Origin: Candidatus Gastranaerophilales bacterium
Lineage (GTDB): Bacteria; Cyanobacteriota; Vampirovibrionia; Gastranaerophilales; Gastranaerophilaceae
Length of the DNA: 63,032 nucleotides
Direction of reading: 5' to 3'
Assembly (NCBI GenBank): GCA_944324055.1
Contig: CALUUV010000001.1
Location: 1-63,032 of the forward strand
A program made the translations under genes and the position numbers. Under the pieces are notes generated by a model, which ran no database searches, was not told where the DNA came from, and saw nothing but the letters and a program-made list of their open reading frames with translations. Positions 36,650 through 46,800 of the stretch are shown in pieces (positions within the stretch are counted from its first letter, which is position 1; the number at the start of each line of letters is the position of its first letter).

Positions 36650-36919
36650 ATGTCAATATCAAGATTTTTAGCAGGATTCGCAGTAGGAGCTAGTATTGGT
36701 GCTCTTGCAGGAATTCTTTTAGCTCCTCAATCTGGAGAAGAAACAAGAGAAATGTTAGGTTCTATGGCAAAAGATGTTGCTGATAAGACTGATGAAACAG
36801 TTAAAGATATCCAAGAAAAAGCTGATACTATTGTTTCTGATATGCAGAAAAAAGGAGATGAAATTATATCCAAGATTCAGGATTTAATTAACAAACAAAA
36901 AGAAGAAGTTATGGAGTAA
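36650..36919 (+). CDS. YtxH domain-containing protein
   Basis: FLAGFAVGASIGALAGILLAPQSGEETREML is the YtxH signature, followed by an acidic helical tail. 89 aa. Confidence 0.75.
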   Translation: MSISRFLAGFAVGASIGALAGILLAPQSGEETREMLGSMAKDVADKTDETVKDIQEKADTIVSDMQKKGDEIISKIQDLINKQKEEVME

Positions 36920-36938
36920 TCCATAACTTCTTCTTTTT
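36901..36938. terminator. bidirectional rho-independent terminator
   Basis: Perfect 15-bp stem AGAAGAAGTTATGGA / TCCATAACTTCTTCT with a 4-nt loop and a T run. It spans the stop of the YtxH gene and touches the stop of the convergent HNH gene. Confidence 0.85.
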
Positions 36939-38289
36939 ATCCTTTTATATTTAGTGGTTCTGTTCTGTCAGGGATATATTTTTTGTAATTCGGATATTTA
37001 TTTCTTAACCTTGGAGGTAATGTTTTAAAAGCTTCTTGAGGAGGGATGTCATACTTAGAAATATCAACATCAATCCCATTCTTATGCAGGGTATCTTGAA
37101 GTACATATGGATACCATTCATAACCTTTAAGCTTACCTTTATAAATGTTTTTGATAATATCATTTACATATTTTTGAGAATTATCAGGTATATCAGGGTG
37201 CATTTTCATAAAAGCTTTAAGAGGTAAATTCCCTCTTTCTTCATTTCTTGCTCTACTTACAAGCATAAAGTTGTCAGCTTCGTTATCACCACCCATAGAA
37301 TCTGCTTCAATGTGTTCAACTGATGCAACTGATTGATTTAATAGTCTTTCTGTTATTTCTTTATCTGAACGATCGGCATATTTTATTACAAAAGCATTGA
37401 CGCTTGTATTTGATGTAGGTAATTCTCTTGCTATTTGTACTATATTTTTAAATTCATCATTATATTCTGGAATATATTGGTGTTTTAAATCTATTATTAA
37501 ATCAAATGGTGTTTTGCCGTCTTTAGCATGATTTAATGGTTCTGTTTCAAACCTTTCACCTGCTTCCGCTAAATCTGATAAACCATAAAATTTTCGATTT
37601 TTTAATAAATCTTTTTCTGTTTTATCTAATATGTCTTCGCATTGAAGCATTAAAAGTTTTTCAATAAATACTTTACGTTTGAATGAATGTTGATCTGTGT
37701 TTTCAATTAATATTCTTCTGCGCCCGTCTGCAACTTCATCGAGTACAAGTTTTCTATTTTTAGGAGAAATATTTTTTGCTGCATCCTCTATTTTATTAAA
37801 GATTTCTGTTTGTTCTTGCTGCAGTTTTTTTATACAATTTGGTTTTTGTTGTCTTAAAACTTTGGAAAAACTTATAAAATAATCTTTTTTTGTTTTATAT
37901 TCGAAGAATTTGTATACATCATGCTCTACAGGTAGCATTGATTTTTCATATTTTTTTAAATATCTTATTTTCTTTTGAGAATTATTTATTTGTGATAAAT
38001 CATGAGATATTTGTTCCATTTCTTGGAACGTTAATAATTTTATTCCACTATATGGGTCTGTAATATTTTTCAATCCTTTTAAGAATCTGCCATTAGATGT
38101 ATTATTTCTTCTTTCATACGAACCAAAGTGTAATAGATTTTGTGTTTTAGAAAAAGAATCTGTTTCTAATTTATTTCCAATCATTACAGCATTCTTGTTT
38201 ATGCTACATTTTATTGGTGATGTAGCATTTGCGTTGTTATTATTGTTACATATTAGTTTTGGAAATAAATTGAGCATAATAATCCACAC
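36937..38289 (-). CDS. hypothetical protein with C-terminal Cys-less His-Me finger (HNH/DUF1524-like) nuclease motif
   Basis: 450 aa. SVEHIEADSMGGDNEADNFMLVSRARNEERGNLP shows H...N...N spacing like Cas9-type HNH or DUF1524 modules. The preceding ~320 aa are K/N/E-rich with unknown fold. The true start is uncertain because no strong SD is present. Confidence 0.6.
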   Translation of the reverse strand: MWIIMLNLFPKLICNNNNNANATSPIKCSINKNAVMIGNKLETDSFSKTQNLLHFGSYERRNNTSNGRFLKGLKNITDPYSGIKLLTFQEMEQISHDLSQINNSQKKIRYLKKYEKSMLPVEHDVYKFFEYKTKKDYFISFSKVLRQQKPNCIKKLQQEQTEIFNKIEDAAKNISPKNRKLVLDEVADGRRRILIENTDQHSFKRKVFIEKLLMLQCEDILDKTEKDLLKNRKFYGLSDLAEAGERFETEPLNHAKDGKTPFDLIIDLKHQYIPEYNDEFKNIVQIARELPTSNTSVNAFVIKYADRSDKEITERLLNQSVASVEHIEADSMGGDNEADNFMLVSRARNEERGNLPLKAFMKMHPDIPDNSQKYVNDIIKNIYKGKLKGYEWYPYVLQDTLHKNGIDVDISKYDIPPQEAFKTLPPRLRNKYPNYKKYIPDRTEPLNIKG

Positions 38290-38334
38290 ACATTTATATT
38301 TATATAAAACATTTTTTGTGAAAAATTTGCTAGT

Positions 38335-39147
38335 TTATATTTTAATATTTACAATTTCAAATAAATTTTCAATAGGGGTGTAGTAATTATTATCATATAG
38401 GGCTTTGAATAAATCATAAGTTTGTGGAGCAAGTTCTTTTGTTTTGTCTATGTCAATGTAGAGACCTTCAATAAATCTTGCGAATAATTCTGTTGGAGAT
38501 GAATAATATTTATTCATTTTATTAATTTTGCGAGTTATTGATGCTTGTTTTCTTTGGCAAGATTTTAGCTTTAGATATGATACAAATTCTTTAGGCATAT
38601 CAGGAAATTCTTGTTCAAGGTTAATGATTGAATATGTTTTGTAGCTAAACCAGTGTAAAATTTTTATTGCATCATATTTTACAAGATGTCTAGCTGCAGA
38701 ATTTTTACTATATTTTTGAAATTGTTTAAATTTTTCATTTCTTTTAAATTCAGGGTATTTATTCTTAATAATTTTTTCATGATATTTTATAGTATTTTTA
38801 ATATTTTCTTTTTGGATATAGAGCTTTTCTAAAGTAGAGTTTGCATCAACAAAGTGTGTAACTTTAATCAATTCATCATATATGTATTCATTATTTCTAA
38901 GAAATATTGGATTAAAGTCTTTGCATAATGTTTTTTTCTTGTATGTTATGTAATGAGCAAATTCGTGGATGAGTGTAGGTATTATACGTTCTTCTTTAAT
39001 ATCCTTTGATATATCAATTCTATTCACTCTAAAGAAACCTTGGTGTCCTAGAGCTTTTGTTTTTGTTCTTACATCAAGTCCGAGAGATTTAAAAAATAAA
39101 ACTATTTCTTTTTTCTTTTCGTTTATTCTGTTTCGTGTACAATCCAT
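38335..39147 (-). CDS. hypothetical HExxH-motif protein (putative Zn metallopeptidase-like)
   Basis: 270 aa. A single HEFAH motif (IPTLIHEFAHYITY) lies ~65 aa from the N-terminus and the rest is unrecognised. The only Met before the motif is at 39147, giving a 25-nt overlap with cutA. Confidence 0.5.
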   Translation of the reverse strand: MDCTRNRINEKKKEIVLFFKSLGLDVRTKTKALGHQGFFRVNRIDISKDIKEERIIPTLIHEFAHYITYKKKTLCKDFNPIFLRNNEYIYDELIKVTHFVDANSTLEKLYIQKENIKNTIKYHEKIIKNKYPEFKRNEKFKQFQKYSKNSAARHLVKYDAIKILHWFSYKTYSIINLEQEFPDMPKEFVSYLKLKSCQRKQASITRKINKMNKYYSSPTELFARFIEGLYIDIDKTKELAPQTYDLFKALYDNNYYTPIENLFEIVNIKI

Positions 39148-39437
39148 TTCATATAGTCTTCGCTACAATTAATTACTGGCACTGCTATAACTTCTGGTAC
39201 GTTGTATGGGTGCAGGTCGTTTATTAATGTATTTATTTTTTCAAAGTTTTCTCTTACTGTTTTAATAGATAGTAATAGTTCTTTTTCTTTACAGAATTCC
39301 CCATCCCATGAAAACATTGATTCTACATTATCAGTAATGCTTACACAAGCTGCAAATCTATTTTTTATAATAAGAGTTGCAATTTCTTTTGCAATTTTTT
39401 TATTTGGTACTGTACAGTAAATTAATATAATATCCAT
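39123..39437 (-). CDS. cutA: divalent-cation tolerance protein CutA
   Basis: CutA1 text ILIYCTVPNKKIAKEIATLIIKNRFAACVSI...SMFSWDGE...ELLLSIKT...HPYNVPEVIAVPV. ATG at 39437 follows SD GGGGAG; an alternative ATG lies at 39449. Confidence 0.86.
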   Translation of the reverse strand: MDIILIYCTVPNKKIAKEIATLIIKNRFAACVSITDNVESMFSWDGEFCKEKELLLSIKTVRENFEKINTLINDLHPYNVPEVIAVPVINCSEDYMKWIVHETE

Positions 39438-39513
39438 ATCACTCCCCATTAATTGATATACTCTCTATCGTCCCTATTATATCAGTATTTTAGATAAATG
39501 CAACTTCTTAATA

Positions 39514-40899
39514 TTAGAATATTTTATTAGGGTTTAAAATGTTTTTCGGATCAAAAATATATTTGATTTTTTTCATATATTCTAAAGCTGTTTTATCAAC
39601 TGCCATTGGTAAATATTGTTTTTTTTCTGCCCCTATTCCATGTTCAGCAGATAATGTACCACCAAGAGAGATTGTAAGGTTGTATATTTCTTTTTTTGCT
39701 TCAATATAATTTTTATGCTCTTGTGGATTTTCTAGATTGAGTGCAATTTGAGGATGAACATTTCCATCTCCAACATGTCCTACAACACAAGTTTCTAGGT
39801 TATATCTACTACATATTTCATTTATTCCTTTAATTAATTTTGGAAGTTGAGAACGAGGAACGATAACATCATCTGTAACTACATCTGGTCTTAATTTTGC
39901 AGCTGCCGCAAAAGATGAACGTCTTGCAGTCCATATTTTTTCATATTCTTCATCTGTATTAGATACTTGAATATCAGAAGCTGATGATTTAATTAGAATT
40001 TCTTTTAGTTTTTTACCTTCTGTTTGCACAGATTCTTTAGTGCCATCTATTTCAATAATTAGAGCTGCTTCTTTATCTGTTCTTAAGTTTGCTGGATAAA
40101 ATTTTTCAACTGTTGTGATAGAGTTTTTATCCATAAAATCAATTGTTGATGGAAATATTTTTGAATCAATTATATTGTTAACTGATAATGATGCAGTTTC
40201 TATATCATCAAAATATGCAAGCATAACTTTAGCTGATTCTGGTTTTGGTATTAACTTTAAATTTGCTTCTACAACAATACCTAAAGTGCCTTCACTACCA
40301 ATAAATAGTTGTGTTAATGGGTAGCCTGTCGCATTTTTAATTGTGTTTCCGCCAGTTGTCATTAGTGTTCCATCAGCAAGAATTATTTTTAAACCTAAAA
40401 TATAATCTTTTGTTGTGCCGTATTTAAATGTTTTAGGACCACCTGCAGATTGTGCAATAGCACCTCCAATTGTTGATACTCTTAAATTTGAAGGGTCAGG
40501 TGGGAAAAATAACCCAATTTTATCAAGTTCTTTTTGTAAATCTCCAATTACGACTCCAGGTTGTACAGTTGCGGTCATATTAGTTTTATTGATATCTAAA
40601 ATTTTATTCATTTTAGAAAAGTTCATAACAATACCGCCAAAGTCTGGTAGGCAAGCACCAATTAGGTTTGTTCCAGCGCCTCTTCCAGTAACTGGAATAT
40701 TGTTATTATTTGCAAACTTCATTATTTTTTGAATTTCTTCAATAGTTTCTGGGAATATAACAATATCAGGTAGCTTATCAGAAGTTCTAGTGTTTGTACC
40801 ATCTTGAGAGTATACATAACACTCTTCCAAAGTTGATAAAATGTTATCTTTTGGTAATATTTTGCTTAATTCTGATGTTATTTTATTCTTCGTCAACAT
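39514..40899 (-). CDS. FAD-linked oxidase (GlcD / D-lactate dehydrogenase family)
   Basis: FAD-binding PCMH domain (PVTGRGAGTNLIGACLP) and C-terminal text GGTLSAEHGIGAEKKQY...DPKNILNPNKIF. No glcE/glcF-like partners are adjacent. The ATG lies inside the last 17 nt of the upstream giant gene. Confidence 0.88.
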   Translation of the reverse strand: MLTKNKITSELSKILPKDNILSTLEECYVYSQDGTNTRTSDKLPDIVIFPETIEEIQKIMKFANNNNIPVTGRGAGTNLIGACLPDFGGIVMNFSKMNKILDINKTNMTATVQPGVVIGDLQKELDKIGLFFPPDPSNLRVSTIGGAIAQSAGGPKTFKYGTTKDYILGLKIILADGTLMTTGGNTIKNATGYPLTQLFIGSEGTLGIVVEANLKLIPKPESAKVMLAYFDDIETASLSVNNIIDSKIFPSTIDFMDKNSITTVEKFYPANLRTDKEAALIIEIDGTKESVQTEGKKLKEILIKSSASDIQVSNTDEEYEKIWTARRSSFAAAAKLRPDVVTDDVIVPRSQLPKLIKGINEICSRYNLETCVVGHVGDGNVHPQIALNLENPQEHKNYIEAKKEIYNLTISLGGTLSAEHGIGAEKKQYLPMAVDKTALEYMKKIKYIFDPKNILNPNKIF

Positions 40900-43800
40900 A
40901 TGAAGTTAGTCTTTCAATATTTTTGTTTAATTTTGCTAATTGTTTATCTACACTATTTATCTTTTTATTAATTTGACTATTATCGTTTGCTTCTACAAGT
41001 TCTGTTAGTCTATTGATTTTTTCTTCAAGAATGTCAATTTTATTTTGTTGAGTATTGAATTTTTCTTCAATATTATCAAATATAGAATAGTCAAACTGAG
41101 TTGGCATTTCAATACTTCTAATCATTGCTTTTACATCTTCAATGTCTTCTAATTTATTAAGTTTTTGAGTTATTGTAGTAAGTGTTGCACCTGCACAATC
41201 AACCCATTCTGCAATTGATAATAATGATTGATTTACGATATTATTGTATGTTTTATTTCCTTCTAAAGTTCGTTCTATATTTTCAATTGATGTTTCAATT
41301 CCACTTAAATCATTATTTTCAATTAAGTTTTTAGTTCTTACATCTAAATCATCAATAACAAGTTTAAAGTTTTCAAGATTTTCTTTTAATAAATTTGAAG
41401 AATTTTCAGATGTAAGTAATAATTTATTTGTTCTTGTGCTTATACTTACAATATCTTCATTCATTTTACTAATGCTAGATGATACTTCTGTCATATCAGC
41501 TTGTGTTATTTGATTTTTAATATTCCCTACAACTAATACGATATCATCAACTTTTTTAGTAATATCTTCTAATTCTTCATTAGGAGAAACTTCTTGAAGT
41601 TCTTTCATTGCAATTCTCAATTTTGCAATATCAGATTCAATATCTTGTAAACTATATGTATAATCTACTTTTGAATCTCCTGATTGAATTGTTAATAAGT
41701 GCTTTTTAACTTCTTCAAATTCTTTTTGAAGGTTATCATTATTCGCAACAGACTCTAATTGTGTTTTTACTTCATCAAATTCTTTTTTGATAGTATTGTC
41801 TGTTACAGAGTCAATTTTTGATTTAACTTCTTCAAAACCTTTCTCAATTGAATTATCATTAATAGAGTCAATTTTGTTAGATAATTCATCAAAGCCTTTC
41901 TGAATTGAATTACCAGTAATTGAATCAATTTTGTCAGATAGCTTATCAAAACCTTTCTCAATTGAGTTATCTGTAATTGAATCAAGTCTTGTGTGTATTT
42001 CTTCAAAGCCTTTTTCAACAGAATTATCAACAACAAAATCAAGTTTTGCTTGAATGTCTTCAAATCCTTTGTTTAATTCATAATTATCAGATAAATCATC
42101 TAGTTTTTTATTTAATGAATCAAATTCTACTTTAATATCATTATTGTTTGATAAGTTATTAAGTAGTTCTTCCTTATTTGAATTTAGTTCATTAATTAGG
42201 TCTGCTTTAATGTTTTCAATTTCAGATTTTAAAGCATTAGATTTTTCTTGAACATAGTCAATGATTTCTTCTTGTTCAACTTCAAACGATATTTGATCAA
42301 GAATTTTCATTGTTTGAGTTAATATTTCTGATTTAAGATTAGATAATTGCTCTTTAATAATTTCACTATTAGATGCTTCATCTATTTTTTCGCTGAACTT
42401 ACTTAATAGATCTAAAATATTATCTTTAAGTATTTGATTAATATCGTCTATATTTGGTAAGTTATGTATGTCATCTATAGTGCTAAGAGTTTTAATCTTA
42501 TCTTTTTGTTCAAATATAGTATTTTTAATAATGTTTAATTCTTCAGCAAATGTATTTTCACCAAGTTCATGTACATTTGTGCTAATATTTTCAATTTTTT
42601 GTTCAATTGATTCAATATTAGATAATATTAATTTATCAGCATTTTCTGCATTAGTACTTGTGAAATCAATTCTATCAATTTTTTGCTCTAATAAATCAAT
42701 TTTTTCAAATTCATTTTTTATGATTTCTATTGTAGAACTGTGTGTTTGATTTATTTCGTTTTGAATGCTATTGATTAAAGATTCAACATATTCAAATTTT
42801 TCTTTTAATTCATTAACATTAGCTTTTGCTGAATTTGAAAGTTTATCAGTATTTGTAAATATTGCTGTTGAGATAGATATAAATTCATCTTTAATGATTG
42901 AAAGTTGATGTGTTGTATCTTCATCAATATTTGAATCAAGTTTCTTAATTTCTTTTGAAATATTTTCAAGTTGTGAGCTAATATTATTGAAGTTGTCTTG
43001 GTTTGAAAGTTGTTCTTTTAAATCTTCTGTTGTTGTAATGATTTGATTTAATTTATCATCAGAAGTATTAATTTGACTGGAAAGTTGATTTAACTCATTT
43101 ATAATACTTCGATTATTTTCTCCAAGTTTTTCGTTGAGAACTTCATAAATATTATCGAAATGTTTAGTAATATCATTGATAATAACATTTGATTTATTTG
43201 ATGAGTTATTTTCAATAAAATCATTAATATTATTTTGCATATTTAAAACTTCTGTTTTGAATGCTGCAAAATCATCATTATTAACGTTTTTACTTAAATC
43301 TTTAACTAAATTATTTAAAATATTTTCAATATTAATAACTTTGTTATTATTGATATCATCATTCTTTTCTGTATTATTCTTGAAGCTATTAATAATACTG
43401 ATTAGTTCACTCAATTTATTATCAGAATCATTTTTGAAACTTTCAATTTGATTGTTAATATTGAATTCGGAATTTTCTGTCAAACTAATTATATTTTCAA
43501 TAGAACTGAATAATTTTTCGATTGATTCATTTTTTAAATCTGATTGTTTATCTTCAAGGGTTGATAATATATTTTGGATACTATCAAATTTTGAAGAGAT
43601 AGTTTCGCAAATATTTATTTTATCATTATTAATGATTGTTGTTATACTTTGTAGTGCTGATTTTACGCCAGATAAATCTTCTTCGATTTGTCTTGTCGTA
43701 TTCTCATCAGATTTAGAAATCAAGTTAATAATATTATCGATAAGATTTATAATATTATTGTATCTTTCATTGTTTTGAGTATCTGTGTTTGAAATATCAG

Positions 43801-46800
43801 CTTTGTATTCTTCAAATTCAGTTTTAAAGATTTCGAATTTAGAATTTATATTATCGTGAACACAGTTAGTTTTTTCTATAATTGCTTGCTTAATGTCTGA
43901 AAAATTATTTTGTATTTCTGTAATGTATTTTTGTTGATTTTCATTAGAGTCATTAAGTTTTTGAATAATTGTTTCTTCTGAAAAATCTATTCTTTGAGGT
44001 AGTAATGCAATTTTTTCCTCAACATTATTTATTGATTCTTCTAAGATTGCTTTATATTCATCTGTTATATTAGATGTTAAATTTGAAATATATTTAATGT
44101 TATTTAGAATCTCTTGGATATTATTATTTGCATTGTTTTGTATAGATGTTCCAATAGATTCTAACTCTCTTAATAAGTTCTCTAGAGAATTTTTAATCTC
44201 ATCTACTACATTGGCATTATTTGAGATTATGTTTCTGTTGTTATTATCAAGAGAATTAATAATTGATTTTACTAATTCTTCTATTTCAGCTTTTTGTTCT
44301 TGGTTATTTTGTAAAATTGATTCTCTTGTAGAATTTATATTTTTATGAATATTTTCAAATCCAATGTTATTTGAATTAATTATCGAATTTGCAGTTTGTT
44401 CTGTTTTTTCATCAACAGCTTTTATTTCATATTTTAATGATTCAAAGTTTTCATTAAGATTTTGAGCTTGTACTTGTCCCATCAAATCTTCAGATGAAAG
44501 TTTTACTTGCTCAGTTAATTCTTCAATTTTTTGAGTAATACTTGCTTCTGAATTTTGTATATTACTACTAATATGATATTTTAATGAATCTTGGTTTTGT
44601 GATTCATTAAGCTTTGAACTAAAGTTATTTAGGTCTGTTTTTATAGTTGTTAATTCATCATTAATTTGTTTGTTGTTATTATTTAGTGTGTTTATTATTT
44701 CGCCTCTAGAATAATTTATGTTTTTGTTTATGTTATTTGTATTTTCAAGGCTTTGGTCATTTTCTTTGATTAAATTATTAACAATATCTCCAGTTATAGT
44801 TTTAATATCAGATGATATTGTATCAATTTTTTCTGATAATAAATCTGAATTTGTTGAGATATTAGAGTTTATCAAATCAGTTTTGTTTGATAGATTATCA
44901 TTTAAATCTTCGATTTGATTACCAATTTTGTCAGATTTTGCTTGTAGGAAATTGATTTTATCAACATTATCATTGTTTGATTGAGTAATTCTATCTGATA
45001 CTTCATTGAATTTTGATACAATATCTGAATCATTGTTAATGAAGTAATTTGCAAGCTTATCTGTTACAGTTTTTATGTCTTTTGATACGTTATCTAGTTT
45101 TTCTGTTAGTTCATTTGTGTGGTTTTGAACATTATTTGAAATACCATTGATAGAATCTTTTATTTCATTAGTCGTAAATGTAATTTTATTACTTAAATCT
45201 TCATTTACATTATTAATCCCTGTTAGTACAGCACTTTTAACTTCAAAAGCTCCATTTGCAAGATTATCAAGCTTTTCAATCCAAACATCGTTATTATCGT
45301 TAATATGTCCATTAACTTCTGATATTACATTTTTAATATCATCTGATAATTTAACAAGTTGGTTTCTTACAAATTGATTATTTTCTTCTGTTGTTTCTTT
45401 GTTAAATACTTCATTTTTTATTGTATTTATAGTGTCAGAAATAATATTTAATTTGTCACTAATTTCTGATTTAGATTCTCCAATGTTTTGGTTTAAGGCA
45501 TTAGATAAATCTTTAATATCATTATTTAATTCCCCAATTTGTTGCATTATACTACTATTGTTTTCTGATAATAGTAGAGATAAGTTATTGATAATAAATT
45601 TTATATCGGAATTAATTGTATCAATTTTATTGAAAGTATTTGTTTGTAAATCACTATAATCAATTTTTTCTTCAATTAAAGATAATTTTGCTTCAGTTTT
45701 TTCAATTTTATCTTGCATTAATGTTGTAAATTCTGAAATTCTTCCTGAAGTTTGGAATAAAAGTGTTGGAATTTCATTATTTAAATCATTGATTTTATCG
45801 TATAACTTATTGATACAAGTGTGAACATCGTCAGAGTCTTCTGTATAGATGTTTTTAAAATCTTCTGATAATGCAATAACTTGTTTATAAATTTGTGAAA
45901 TATTTAATAATATTTTTTCTGAATTATTATTATTTTCTGATGAAAGATCTGCTAATGTTGATTTTAATTGATTATCAAAAACATTTATTTTAGTTGTAAA
46001 ATCATTGGTAATTGATTTTGGTAATGAATTCAAGTTACTGTTTAAAGAACTTATAGAATCAGAGATTTCATTGATTTTGTTTGTTATTTTTTGAGTATTG
46101 TTTTCTGATAAAAGTATAAGTTCTGTTTTTAAATCACTAGCAATTGAGAATAGTGAATTAAGTTGTTCAATTAGCCCATTAACTGTTTCTTGTGAATTTT
46201 TCTCTCTAATAGTTGAATTAATGTTTATTAATTCTTGTTTTACATTTGTTATTGCATCTGTAAAAGTGGAAATTGTATTTGATGTATTATTATCAATTTT
46301 AGAACTTAGGCCATGAGAAAGTTCAGTGAAGTGTGTAATGTTGTTGATAATATTATTATAATTATCTTTATCAAATGTTGAGAATTCATGTTTGAAAGTA
46401 TCTAATTTAGAATTAACTTGATTTAATTGTTCATTAAAACTCTCCATAATAGAGTTAATAGAAGTTCTGTTTTCACTGCTAACTCTTTCTGTAGCTTGTT
46501 CAATAATTCCTTGTAAGTTATTATTTGCATAGTTAACAGAATCATTGATTTTTGCTAGATGAGAATTAAAATCTGCAAGATTTACAGCAGTAAGAATTCG
46601 TTTTAAATCTTGATTTGTTTCTAATAAATCATTACAAATGATATTAGTTTCGTTTCCAATATCATTAACAACATTCAATAACTCTGATTTGAAAAGTTTA
46701 AAATCAAAATTTTCTGTTGATGTTCTAACAACGCTTTCAAGATATTCTAATTGCGCAAGTATTTGTTTGCTTTTTTCATCAGAATTATTAATAATAACTG

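Noticed and set aside
36937-38289. The HNH protein as an IscB/Cas9-like RNA-guided nuclease
   Set aside because: I found no RuvC-like D/E/H motifs flanking the HNH, no bridge-helix-like Arg-rich segment, and no adjacent structured non-coding region or CRISPR array.
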